This document shows positions 10,634 to 23,029 of a DNA stretch of 32,000 bases, piece by piece. The notes beneath the pieces are model-generated. The model did no database searches, was not told the DNA's origin, and saw only the letters and a program-made list of their open reading frames with translations. The stretch's first letter is position 1. Every line of letters begins with the position of its first letter. A program made the position numbers and the translations under genes. The DNA is from Wigglesworthia glossinidia endosymbiont of Glossina brevipalpis. GTDB lineage: Bacteria; Pseudomonadota; Gammaproteobacteria; Enterobacterales; Enterobacteriaceae. Location: positions 570,001 to 602,000 of the forward strand of contig BA000021.3 in the NCBI GenBank assembly GCA_000008885.1, read 5' to 3'.

Positions 10634-11755
10634 TTAATATCTTCCTAAATAATAATCCCAATCTTTCCAAACTGGATTCATTCCTTTTTTTTCTAGCTCT
10701 TGAGATACTTCTCTAGGAGATCTGTTATCTTGGATTTCAAATTGGTTTAATTCTTTTTTGGATGTGGAATAACCTCCAGGTTGTGTGCTAGATCCTGCAC
10801 TAATATTATTTATCAGTATCGGAGAAATATTATCTCTAAATTTTTTTGATTCTCTTGTAGAAAGAGATATTTCGATTTCTGGAAATAATATTCTAAAAAC
10901 GCACATTATTTGTAAAAGATCGGATTCATTTATTATGCATTTAGGACTTATTCCGTTTGTACAAGGACGTAATCTTAAAATAGATAAAGAATAATTTGTC
11001 TTCCAAAAAAATTTTCTAAGATAAAATATATGATTCATTAAAAAATAACAATCTGTACGCCAATTTTCAGATAAACCTATAAGAATTCCTAGTCCTATTT
11101 TTTCAATGTTAGATTTAGCTATTCTTTCTGGAGTAGATAAACGCCAAAAAAAATCTCTTTTTTTTCCAATTATATGATGTTCTTTATATGATTTTATATT
11201 ATAAGTTTCCTGATATACCAATACTCCGTCTAGTCCTACTTTTTTTAAAAGTTTATATTCTTCTGTAGATAATGGTTGAACCTCTATTGCAATCGAACTA
11301 AATTTTTTTCTAATTAACGAAATAATTTTATACAAGTAATCTATTCCTGATATTTTATTATGCTCTCCACTTACTAATAATATATTTTTAATATTTTGCT
11401 TAAGTATTACTTCACATTCTCTTAAAATTTCTTTTTCGTTTAAAACCTTCCTTTTTATTTTATTTTTCATAGAAAATCCACAATACGTGCAATCATTTGA
11501 GCAAAAATTAGAAAGATATAAAGGCATAAATAAATTAATATTATTTCCAAATCTAGTTCTAGTTATAATTTTAGCCTTTTGAGCTAGACTTTCTAAGTAA
11601 AAAGAAGCAGCTTTTGACAAAAGCGGAATTGCATCGTTTAAAAGTAAAAAATTTTTATTTAATATATTTTCTACATCTCTAAATTTACATTTAGAAATTA
11701 ATTTAGAAACCTCATTCCATTTTATTTTTTCCCAGTATTGTTTAAACGTTTTCAT
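10634..11755 (-). CDS. thiH: 2-iminoacetate synthase (tyrosine lyase, radical SAM)
   Basis: 373 aa; CSNDCTYCGF radical-SAM CX3CX2C, ILLVSGEH, VYQETYN, AGSSTQPGGY. Confidence 0.95.
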   Translation of the reverse strand: MKTFKQYWEKIKWNEVSKLISKCKFRDVENILNKNFLLLNDAIPLLSKAASFYLESLAQKAKIITRTRFGNNINLFMPLYLSNFCSNDCTYCGFSMKNKIKRKVLNEKEILRECEVILKQNIKNILLVSGEHNKISGIDYLYKIISLIRKKFSSIAIEVQPLSTEEYKLLKKVGLDGVLVYQETYNIKSYKEHHIIGKKRDFFWRLSTPERIAKSNIEKIGLGILIGLSENWRTDCYFLMNHIFYLRKFFWKTNYSLSILRLRPCTNGISPKCIINESDLLQIMCVFRILFPEIEISLSTRESKKFRDNISPILINNISAGSSTQPGGYSTSKKELNQFEIQDNRSPREVSQELEKKGMNPVWKDWDYYLGRY

Positions 11756-11765
11756 TTTATATTTT

Positions 11766-12530
11766 CTAATAATTTAAAAAATCAGTAAGAGGACTACTTC
11801 TATGAGATATAAAACTTTTACCAGATAATCCAGAATTTTTAGCAATTTCTGCTGCTTGTAAAGCTATTTTAAAAGATTTTGCCATTTTTACTGGGTTATT
11901 TGATGTCGCTATAGCAGTATTTACTAGAACTGCATCTGCTCCTATTTCTATTGCTTTTACCGCATGGCTAGGAGATCCTATTCCTGCATCTATTATGATA
12001 GGTATATTTATTTGTTCAATTATAATTTTCAAAAAATAATCATTTATTAATCCAAGATTTGTACCAATAGGAGACCCTAAAGGCATAACTGCACTACATC
12101 CAACATCTACAAGTTTATGACATATAACTGGATCTGGAAAACAATAAGGAAGAACTACAAATCCATCTTTTACTAAGATTTTTGCAGCTATTAATGTTTC
12201 TACAGAATCAGGAAGCAAGTATTTTGTCTCAGGATGTATTTCTAATTTTATCCAATTCGTATTCAATGCCTCTCTAGCTATTTTAGCTGCTAAAACAGCT
12301 TCTTTAGCATTTTTTGCTCCAGATGTATTTGGAAGTAATTTTATTTTAGATCTATTTAGTGTATCTAAAAATTCATTTTGTGGATTGTTAAAATCCATTC
12401 TTCTTATAGATAATGTTATAAGTTCGCTTTCGGATGCAAATATTGATTCTAGCATTATTTTATTAGAAGAATATTTTCCAGTTCCAACAAATAATCTAGA
12501 TTTAAAAAAAGTATCATTTATTTTTAACAT
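11766..12530 (-). CDS. thiG: Thiazole synthase
   Basis: 254 aa; [63 protein letters not shown]. Confidence 0.96.
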
Positions 12531-12731
12531 TTATCCTCCAGATATTGCCTGGAATAAAATTATAGTGTCATTTTTTTTAATTTTAAAAGTTGACCATTCT
12601 GGTTTAGGTATGACAACATTATTGACAGATATTGCAAATCCGAATTTTTTATACTTATAAAAAGAAACAATATCAAATAAAGTTGTTGAATCTTTAATAT
12701 CTATTTTTCTATCGTTTAAAGTAATTTTCAT
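12531..12731 (-). CDS. thiS: Sulfur carrier protein ThiS
   Basis: 66 aa from ATG 12731 (same length as E. coli ThiS), [16 protein letters not shown] and the conserved C-terminal GG tail. Alternative in-frame ATG at 12746. Confidence 0.9.
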
Positions 12732-12735
12732 ATTT

Positions 12736-13497
12736 TTAATTTTCATTTATTTTTTTTGAGCATACATCACAATTAATACTTTTTTTTAAATTAAATTTTT
12801 TTAACTCCAATTTTTTACCGTCAAATATTTTTATTGTAGAATTAAATTCTATAATTTTTAAAATAAATTTAATTGCTTCTAGTGCTTGCAAAGAACCCAT
12901 TATTCCTACAACAGGACCTAATATTCCAAATTCTTGACAAGTTTGATATATTTCATTTTTATCTGGAAATAAACAAGAATAACATCCATACTTTCATGGA
13001 GGCCAAATTGAAAATAATTGTCCATTAAACCCTATAGCACTGGCACTAATAAGTGGTTTGTTATTACTAACGCAGTTATAATTAATAATATTTCTGCTGT
13101 ATACGGTATCTGTACAATCTAATACTAGATCTGAATAATTTATATATTTATTTATATTATTTTTATTTAATTTTTTTTTTATAGAAAAATATTTAACATG
13201 TGGGTTAATTTTTTTTAATTTATTTTTAGAAATAATTGACTTATTTTTAGAAATATCATCAGTAGAATATAATATTTGTCTTTGTAAATTTGATATATCA
13301 ACTAAATCATAATCTGCTAATAATAAAGTTCCAATTCCTGCAGCTGCTAAATAAATAGCGGCAGAAGAACCTAAACCTCCTAATCCTATTAACAATATCT
13401 TAGATTTTTTTAATTTATTTTGACCAGATAATCCTATTTCTTCTAATAAAATTTGCCTGCTATATCTTAAAAAATTAGAATTATTAATATTTTTCAT
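12736..13497 (-). pseudogene. thiF: ThiS adenylyltransferase ThiF, interrupted by an in-frame TGA at 12994-12996 (pseudogene, readthrough gene or sequence error)
   Basis: N-part (12994-13497): RYSRQILLEEIGLSGQ, ILLIGLGGLGSSAAIYLAAAGIG, LADYDLVDISNLQRQILY. Same frame continues past the TGA: [42 protein letters not shown]...IKIFDGKK...INCDVCSKK, stop TAA at 12736-12738. Joined length 253 codons vs 251 aa in E. coli. Confidence 0.85.
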
Positions 13498-14131
13498 ATA
13501 ATTTAATTTTTATTTTTTTTTGAATTTTATAAATTGTTTTTTTCCAATCTTTAGATTTTGTTATAGCACTTATCATAGAAATTCCATTTATTTTACATTT
13601 CAACACTTCATCTATTTGGCATAAACCAATCCCTCCAATAGCAACTTTTGGACAATTATTTATTTTATTACATAATTCTTTAAGTTTGTTTATTCCTTGA
13701 GGAGAAGATTTCATGATTTTAGTGTTTGTATGAAAAACATGACCAAAAGAAATATAAGATGGATTCCATTTTAAAGCGCGCTCTACTTCTTGATCGTTTC
13801 TTGTTGACAGACCTAACCTTAAACCTGATTTATAAATATATTTTATATCAGCATTATTCATATCTTTTTGCCCTAAATGAACTCCATATGCTTTGTGCTT
13901 AACAGCTAATTCCCAGTAATCATTGATAAATAAATTAGCTTTATATTTTTTTCCTAATATAATCGCTGATTCTATCTCTCTGTCTAAATTTATTTTATCT
14001 TTTTCTTTTATTCTAATTTGAACTGTTTTTATTCCTACAGATAATATTCTTACTAGCCAAGACAAAGAATCTATTATCGGATATAGACCAATATTTTTTG
14101 GAATAATTGGAAATTTTATTTTATTACACAT
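13484..14131 (-). CDS. thiE: Thiamine-phosphate synthase
   Basis: 215 aa; LYPIIDSLSWL, VQIRIKEKD, LFINDYWELAVKHKAYGVHLGQKD, LGLSTRN, YISFGHVFHTNTK, AIGGI; located between thiC and thiF. Confidence 0.94.
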   Translation of the reverse strand: MCNKIKFPIIPKNIGLYPIIDSLSWLVRILSVGIKTVQIRIKEKDKINLDREIESAIILGKKYKANLFINDYWELAVKHKAYGVHLGQKDMNNADIKYIYKSGLRLGLSTRNDQEVERALKWNPSYISFGHVFHTNTKIMKSSPQGINKLKELCNKINNCPKVAIGGIGLCQIDEVLKCKINGISMISAITKSKDWKKTIYKIQKKIKIKLYEKY

Positions 14132-14132
14132 G

Positions 14133-15989
<1,857 letters not shown>

Positions 15990-16252
15990 TTAAATTACAT
16001 TTAAATAATTTATTTGTATTTTAATAAATTTTTATAAAAAACATTTGTATATTAAATTATATGAACATTGTATATTTTATATACTGCCACTAAAAATTTT
16101 TTTTGCAAGAAAAATTATAAATATTTTATTTAAATGTTAATTTAAGCAATATTTTTTATTAAAAAAGCTTATAATAGAAAATAAAAATATATTTTGTTTA
16201 ACACATAATACATGCTAAATTTATCATGAATAATATTTAAATAGGTTTATAA

Positions 16253-17335
16253 ATGCAATTTTTTGAAAACGATTCTTATTTAAGATCTGCGCTTAGAAAA
16301 AGTGTAAAAAGAACTCCAATTTGGATAATGAGACAATCTGGAAGATATTTAAAAGAATATCAATCAATTAAAAAACAAGCTAAAGATTTTTTATCTTTAT
16401 GTAAAACTCCTGATTTATCTAGTAAAGCTGCTCTTATTCCTATAAAAAAATTTTCTTTAGATGCAGCTATTATATTTTCAGATATTTTAATATTACCTTA
16501 TGCAATGGGAATGGATGTTAATTTTTATGAAAATTTAGGACCTAGTTTTTTAAATCCAATAAGTTCTATTTCGGATATGAAAAACTTAAATGTTCCTGAT
16601 CCGGAAAAAAATCTAAAATACGTTTTAGATTCAATTAAAATAATATGCAAAGAATTAGATAAAAAAATACCATTAATTGGTTTTTCTGGTAGTCCTTGGA
16701 CTTTGGCTTGTTATATGATAGAAGGAAAATGCAACAAAATATTTTCCAAAATAAAAAAGATGATATATCAAAATTCTAAAGAACTGCATTTTTTATTAAA
16801 AAAAATCACTAATTCTATAATTTTATATTTAAACTCTCAAATAATTTATGGAGTAAATGCTATTATTATTTTTGATACATGGGGTGGAATTTTAACAGAA
16901 GAAAAATATTGTGAATATTCTTTGCATTATATGTCTTTAATAATAAAAAATTTATTTTGCAAATATAAAGGAAATAAAATTCCAGTTACAATTTTTACAA
17001 AAAATGGAGGTCAATGGATAAAAAAAATTGCTAAATCTGGATGTGATGTAATTGCTTTAGATTGGAGTGTTGATATTGAGTATGCTAGAAAGCAAGTAAA
17101 TGGTAAAATTGCAATACAAGGAAATATGGATCCATTTGAACTTTATGGAAGTTTTTCTTCTATTGAAGAAGAGACAAATAAAATTTTATCTAAATTTGGA
17201 TATAATTCGGGTCATATATTCAGTTTAGGTCATGGAATTTATAAAGATACACCTCCAGAAAATGTTAATTTTTTAATTGAATCTGTACACAATTTATCTA
17301 AAAAATATCATAAAAAAAATAGATTTAAAAAATAA
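16253..17335 (+). CDS. hemE: Uroporphyrinogen decarboxylase
   Basis: 360 aa; PIWIMRQSGRYLKEYQSI, ALIPIKKFSLDAAIIFSDIL, GFSGSPWTLACYMIEG, VIALDWSVDIEYARK, FSLGHGIYKDTPPENV. Confidence 0.96.
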   Translation: MQFFENDSYLRSALRKSVKRTPIWIMRQSGRYLKEYQSIKKQAKDFLSLCKTPDLSSKAALIPIKKFSLDAAIIFSDILILPYAMGMDVNFYENLGPSFLNPISSISDMKNLNVPDPEKNLKYVLDSIKIICKELDKKIPLIGFSGSPWTLACYMIEGKCNKIFSKIKKMIYQNSKELHFLLKKITNSIILYLNSQIIYGVNAIIIFDTWGGILTEEKYCEYSLHYMSLIIKNLFCKYKGNKIPVTIFTKNGGQWIKKIAKSGCDVIALDWSVDIEYARKQVNGKIAIQGNMDPFELYGSFSSIEEETNKILSKFGYNSGHIFSLGHGIYKDTPPENVNFLIESVHNLSKKYHKKNRFKK

Positions 17336-17708
17336 AATTATTTTTTTGAATAAAAAATTTTTGTATTTTTATTGATATGATTAAAATTAAATTTTCTAAA
17401 TGTTTAATTAAAATTAGATTATAACATTTTATACAAGTTTTTAAAATCAATTATAAATATATTATTAAAAAATAATTAATAATATGATTCATTTACAAAA
17501 TATAATAAATTCTTTAATTTATATATTTTTTAATAATATAAAAATTATTTACTGTGCATATAAATATTTACTAATAAATAAAATATAAAGATATAATATA
17601 TAAAATATTATTTTTTAATATATTAATTTAATATAAATTAATAATTTTATTATGCTGATAAATACTGATATTTATTAATCAATCGTAAAATAAAAAGGTA
17701 ATATTATA

Positions 17709-17981
17709 ATGAATAAAACTCAACTAATTGATGTAATTGCTAATAAAGCTGAATTATCTAAAATTAAAGCTAGAGCAGCTTTGGAGTCTACATTAGATGC
17801 AATTACTAATTCTCTTAAAGAAGGAAACGCCGTACAACTAATTGGTTTTGGTACTTTTAAAATAAATAGAAGAAACGCTAGAACAGGAAGAAATCCACAA
17901 ACTGGAAAAGAAATTAAGATAGCAGCTACAAATGTTCCTACATTTGTTTCTGGAAAAGCTCTAAAAGCAGCAGTAAAATAA
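17709..17981 (+). CDS. hupA: DNA-binding protein HU-alpha
   Basis: 90 aa; [44 protein letters not shown]; sits between hemE and purD as in E. coli. Confidence 0.94.
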   Translation: MNKTQLIDVIANKAELSKIKARAALESTLDAITNSLKEGNAVQLIGFGTFKINRRNARTGRNPQTGKEIKIAATNVPTFVSGKALKAAVK

Positions 17982-18015
17982 AAAAATCTGTGTTTTATAG
18001 TAATTTAATAAAAAT

Positions 18016-18055
18016 AAAATAAACCGGCTTTTTTAAAGCCGGTTTATTTTTTATA
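18016..18055. terminator. Bidirectional Rho-independent terminator between convergent hupA and purD
   Basis: Perfect inverted repeat AAACCGGCTTT (18021-18031) / AAAGCCGGTTT (18035-18045), extendable through flanking AAAAT/ATTTT, with T-runs on both strands. Confidence 0.88.
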
Positions 18056-19360
18056 TTAAAATTTATAATTTTTGTATTTTTTTAAATAAAATATTTCTCT
18101 ATTACCAATGTCGTTTCTGAAAAATTTTCCTTGCCAATTAATAGAATTAGCAACTATTTTTGATTTTTTTTGAGCATCTTCAATTGATTTACCTAAAGAA
18201 GTTATGCATAATACTCTTCCTCCGTTAGTTGTTAAGTTTTTATTAATATTTTTAGTAGAAGAATGAAATATCTTTGTATCTTTTAGTTCATTTTCAAAAT
18301 TTCCAAGTATATTTAATCCTATAGGATATTTTTTTGGATAACTTTTTGTGGCTAATACTATGCCTAAAGAATACCTATTATCTAATTCAATTATTTGCGA
18401 ATCAAGATTTCCATACATTGCAGATAAAATATGTAATAAAAAATCTGATTTCATTCTAAAAAGAATAGATTGTGCTTCTGGATCTCCAAATCTACAATTA
18501 AACTCAATTACATTTACATTATTATTGTAATCAATCATTATTCCTATGTATAAAATTCCTGTATATATTAAATTTTCCTTTTTCATTCCATACAAAGTAG
18601 GTAATAAAATATCTTTTATAATATTATTATATATAGAACTTGTCACAAAAGATACTGGGGAATATGCGCCCATCCCTCCAGTATTTAAACCAGTATCTTT
18701 GTCGCCTGATTTTTTGTGATCTTGTGATATTGCCATTGGTAAAAATCCGTTATTATTAATAATTGCAGTAAAACTTATTTCTTCTCCATGCAACATGTCT
18801 TCTATTAATATTTTAGATCCTGACATTCCAAATTTTTTTTTGACCAAAACATCTAATATAAATTTTTCAGATTCTTTTATATTTTTTATAATTTTTACTC
18901 CTTTCCCAAAGGCTAAGCCATCTACTTTTATAACTATTGGAAATTTTACTCTATTTAAATATTTTATTGCTAACTTTTGATCAGAAAATTCTTTATGTCG
19001 TGCAGTAGGAATATTGTATTTATTTAAAAAATTTTTAGCAAAAATTTTAGAACTTTCTAATTTAGCAGAAAATTTTTTAGGTCCAAATATTGGTAACTTA
19101 TAATAAGAAAAAACATCTGATATTCCATTAGATAATGGTTCTTCTGGGCCAACGATAGTTAAATCAATTTTTTTTTCTTTTGCAAATTTAACTAATTTAT
19201 TGATATCATTTGAGGAAATATCAATATTTTTTAATTTATAATCTATTTCTGTTCCAGCATTTCCTGGAGCTACATATATTTTTTTTGAAAAAATAGATTG
19301 AGCAATTTTCCAAGATATTGCATGTTCTCTTCCGCCATTTCCTACAACAAGTATATTCAT
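18056..19360 (-). CDS. purD: Phosphoribosylamine-glycine ligase
   Basis: 434 aa; [63 protein letters not shown]. Confidence 0.97.
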
Positions 19361-19374
19361 ATTACTCCTAATAT

Positions 19375-20964
19375 TTAATGACTAAATTGTCTAGTATTAG
19401 TAAATATCATTGACATATTATTTTCATCAACTGCTGAAATAATTTTATCATCATTAATTGAACCTCCTGGTTGTATAATACAACTAACTCCAAATTTAGA
19501 CGCAAAGTCAATGCTATCTCTAAATGGAAAAAACGCATCTGAAGCCATTACAGATCCTTTTAGGCTAAACCCTTGATCTATTGCTTTGTATGCAGCTATT
19601 CTTGTAGAAAATATTCTGCTAGTTTGACCTGATCCGATTCCTAAAGTACGCTTATTTTTTCCATAAATAATGGCATTAGATTTAATAAATTTAATTATTT
19701 TCCAAATGAAAATAGAACTTTCAATTTCTAGTTTAGAAGGTTGTCTTTTTGAAACTATTTTAATATCTTTTTCTTTTAATATTTTATTATCGCTATCTTG
19801 CAGTAATAATCCACAATTTACTTTTTTAAAATTTAATAAAAAATTTTTACTCAGGTAACCACATTCTAAAACTATTATTTTGCTTTTTGATTTCAGAGTT
19901 AATAATGCATCTTTTTCTATTACAGGAGCGATAATAATTTCTACAAATTGTTTATTAATTATAAATTCAGCAGCCTCTATAGTTAGAGGTCTATTAAAGG
20001 AAATTATTCCTCCAAAAGCTGAATCCGGATCTGAATAATAAGCCGATCTATAGGCATCAATAATATTTTTTCCTGAGGAAACTCCACAAGGAGTTGAATG
20101 TTTTACTATAACACAAGCGATTTCTGAAAAATTCATTACACAGTTAATTGCTATATCAGAATCAACTATATTGTTATATGATAACTTTTTACCTTGTCTT
20201 TGAATAGAAAAAGGAACAGTTCCAGGATGTATTACAGGATCTGTATAAAATGCTGCTTTTTGATGATAGTTTTCTCCGTATAATACATCTTCTTTCTTAG
20301 AAAAAGAAATAGAAAATAATTCTGGAAATTTTTTATTTTTTAAGTTTTTTTTTAATTCAATTTCTTTAAAATAAATTTTATTAAAGTAATTGAATATTTC
20401 TTTATCATAAGAATATGAGTATTGAAATGCTAAAGTTGAAAAATAAAAACGAGTTTTAAAACTAACTGATCCAGAATTTTTATCCATTTCTGAAGATAAT
20501 TTAGAATATTGATTTATATTAACTACTACTGTAACGTATTTATAATTTTTTGCCGCAGATCTAGCTAAAGCAACTCCTCCGATATCAATATTATCTATAA
20601 TATTTTCAATTTTTATATTTTCTTTTTTAACTTTTTTTTTAAATGGATAAAAATTTGTTATTACCATATCTATTTTTTTAATATTTAAGTTTTTATTTTC
20701 ATTGATATTTTTGTTATTACTTAATATTCCCCCATGTATTTTAGGATGTAATGTTTTTACTCTTCCATTTATTATTTCTGGATGATTAATATATTCTGAT
20801 ACAGATGTAGAAAAAATACCTTTTTCTAATAAATATTTATAAGTTCCAGAAGTAGTAATTAATTTAACTTTGTGTTTAATAAGATTTTTAGCTAACGAAA
20901 ATATACCTGTTTTATCTGAAACGCTTATTAAAGCGCATCTAATAGGAAGAAATGATTGTTCCAT
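19375..20964 (-). CDS. purH: AICAR transformylase/IMP cyclohydrolase
   Basis: 529 aa; [60 protein letters not shown]. Confidence 0.97.
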
Positions 20965-21183
20965 GAATTTACTTTTTTTAAAAATATTTATTATATTTTA
21001 TTATAAATTAATTTTTTAATCATGTTAAATGTTTAAATTTTTTATTTTTTTGAAAAATTATAATAATATATTTAAATATTAATATAATATAGAAAATTAT
21101 TAATAATTAAATTCTTACATATTAATTACAAATATCATAAATTATATTTATTTAAATAAAAATTTTTTAAAAATTTAATATAA

Positions 21184-22206
21184 ATGAAAACTAAAATTTT
21201 TAATACTTTTTCAATATCAGTTAAAGCAAAAAAAATAATTTCCGTTTATTCTGAAATAGAATTATTGCAATCTTGGCAAAAAGCTTCTGCTAAAGATCCG
21301 GTTTTATTTTTAGGATCTGGAAGTAATACTTTATTTTTAGAAAATTATCAAGGAACAATTATTCTAAATAGAATTAAAGGATTTCATGTAAAAGAAAATA
21401 ATTTTTTTTGGAATATACATGTATGTTCTGGAGAATTGTGGCATAATATAGTTACTATATGCGTTAATAAAGGAATTTCTGGATTAGAAAATCTATCCTG
21501 GATACCAGGTTATACTGGAGCAGCTCCAATACAAAACATAGGCGCATATGGAGTAGAATTCAAACAAGTTTGTTCTTATGTAGATTTTATTTTTTTAGAA
21601 ACAGGAGAAAAAGTACGTTTAAGTTCTCAAGAATGTAATTTTGGATATAGAAAAAGCATTTTTAATAGTTCTAAAAAGTTTTTTAATTATGCAATAGTTG
21701 CTATTGGTTTAAAGCTAAAGAAAAAATGGAAAGCTTGTTTGAATTATACCGATTTATCTTTTCTTGAAAAAGAATATGTAAGTCCTAAAAAAATATATAA
21801 TAAAATTTTTTACATCAGAAAAGAAAAAATCCCAAACCCAGTATATTTCGGAAATGCTGGAAGTTTTTTTAAAAATCCTTTAATTTCCTCAAAACAAGCA
21901 AAAAAAATTTTAAAAAATTATCCTAAAGCTCCTTGTTTTAAACAATTAAATGGAAATGTAAAATTTTCTGCTGGATGGATTATTGAAGCTTGTGGTCTAA
22001 AAGGATATAAACTTGGTAAAGCTGCTGTTTATCACAAACAAGCTTCTATAATAATTAATACTGGATCAGCAACTGGATATGAAATTGCATATTTAGCAAA
22101 ATATATTTTTTGTATAGTAAAAAAAAATTTTTCAATACAATTAGAACCAGAGGTTAAATTTATATCAAAAATAGGAGAAATAAAAGCATCAAAAATAATA
22201 TCATGA
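21184..22206 (+). CDS. murB: UDP-N-acetylenolpyruvoylglucosamine reductase
   Basis: 340 aa; VLFLGSGSNTLF, ENLSWIPGYTGAAPIQNIGAYG, YFGNAGSFFKNP, SAGWIIEACGLKG, HKQASIIINTG. Confidence 0.96.
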   Translation: MKTKIFNTFSISVKAKKIISVYSEIELLQSWQKASAKDPVLFLGSGSNTLFLENYQGTIILNRIKGFHVKENNFFWNIHVCSGELWHNIVTICVNKGISGLENLSWIPGYTGAAPIQNIGAYGVEFKQVCSYVDFIFLETGEKVRLSSQECNFGYRKSIFNSSKKFFNYAIVAIGLKLKKKWKACLNYTDLSFLEKEYVSPKKIYNKIFYIRKEKIPNPVYFGNAGSFFKNPLISSKQAKKILKNYPKAPCFKQLNGNVKFSAGWIIEACGLKGYKLGKAAVYHKQASIIINTGSATGYEIAYLAKYIFCIVKKNFSIQLEPEVKFISKIGEIKASKIIS

Positions 22207-22970
22207 TAGATTATGATCTTTTATCTAAAATAATTAGAAAATTATCAAATGCAAAATCTTATAAAATTGAAAAATTATTTAATTCAAGATTTTTTTGTGA
22301 TGAATTAATAAATAAATATTTTATAAAAATGAATTCTATTGGAATAGATATTTTTATTAAACAAAATAAATATTTTTTTTTAAAAAATCCAATAAATTTA
22401 TTAAATAAAAAATATATTTCTAAAAAATGTTTTCCAAACAAAGTAACTTTTTTAGATATAATTGATTCTACTAATAATTATATCTATAAAAATAAATTAA
22501 ATTTTTTATCTGGAGATTCATGTATAGCGGAGTATCAAACAAAAGGAAGGGGGAAACGAGGTAAAAAATGGTTTTCTTCTTTTGGAAATAATATATGTTT
22601 ATCCATGTACTGGAATTCTAAAAAAAAAATTCAAACAATTTCTATTTTAAGCTTTACTATTGGAAAGATTATTAAAAAAATTTTATATAATATTGGAATT
22701 TCAAAAGTTGAAGTAAAATTTCCAAATGATATATTTGTAAATGATAAAAAAATATCTGGAATTCTAATAGAAACATACAACAATATAGATAATACGATTG
22801 ATGTAATAATAGGAATAGGAATAAATTTAAATTTAAATATAAAAATTTCTAACTTAATTGATCAAAAATGGACTGATTTAAATAAAAATAAAACTCCAAT
22901 AGATCGTAATTTTTTAATATCATACGTTATTTGTTCTGTAAGGAAAGAATTAAGCAAACTAGAAATTTAA
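22203..22970 (+). CDS. birA: Bifunctional biotin-protein ligase/repressor BirA, C-terminally truncated
   Basis: 255 aa vs 321 in E. coli; FLDIIDSTNNY, AEYQTKGRGKRGKKWFSSFGNNICLS, VKFPNDIFVNDKKISGILIE, IGIGINLN. Overlaps murB stop by ATGA (22203-22206). Confidence 0.9.
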   Translation: MIDYDLLSKIIRKLSNAKSYKIEKLFNSRFFCDELINKYFIKMNSIGIDIFIKQNKYFFLKNPINLLNKKYISKKCFPNKVTFLDIIDSTNNYIYKNKLNFLSGDSCIAEYQTKGRGKRGKKWFSSFGNNICLSMYWNSKKKIQTISILSFTIGKIIKKILYNIGISKVEVKFPNDIFVNDKKISGILIETYNNIDNTIDVIIGIGINLNLNIKISNLIDQKWTDLNKNKTPIDRNFLISYVICSVRKELSKLEI

Positions 22971-23029
22971 TCAAAAAATCACATTATATTTATTAAACAT
23001 TAAATTTTATAAAATTTAAAAAAATATTT

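Noticed and set aside
10785-10994. Plus-strand small ORF within thiH, also others at 12385-12660, 7794-7985, 9272-9574, 18348-18530, 18795-18980, 19670-19858
   Set aside because: All are antisense to confidently identified genes (thiH, thiG/thiS, glyA, rpiA, purD, purH).
12994-12996. Genetic code change with TGA read as Trp
   Set aside because: Several genes in the window terminate at TGA (e.g. murB at 22204-22206) and TGG is used for Trp throughout, so genome-wide reassignment is not supported; only a local lesion or readthrough is.
22259-22441. Minus-strand 60-aa ORF inside birA
   Set aside because: Antisense to birA; low complexity.
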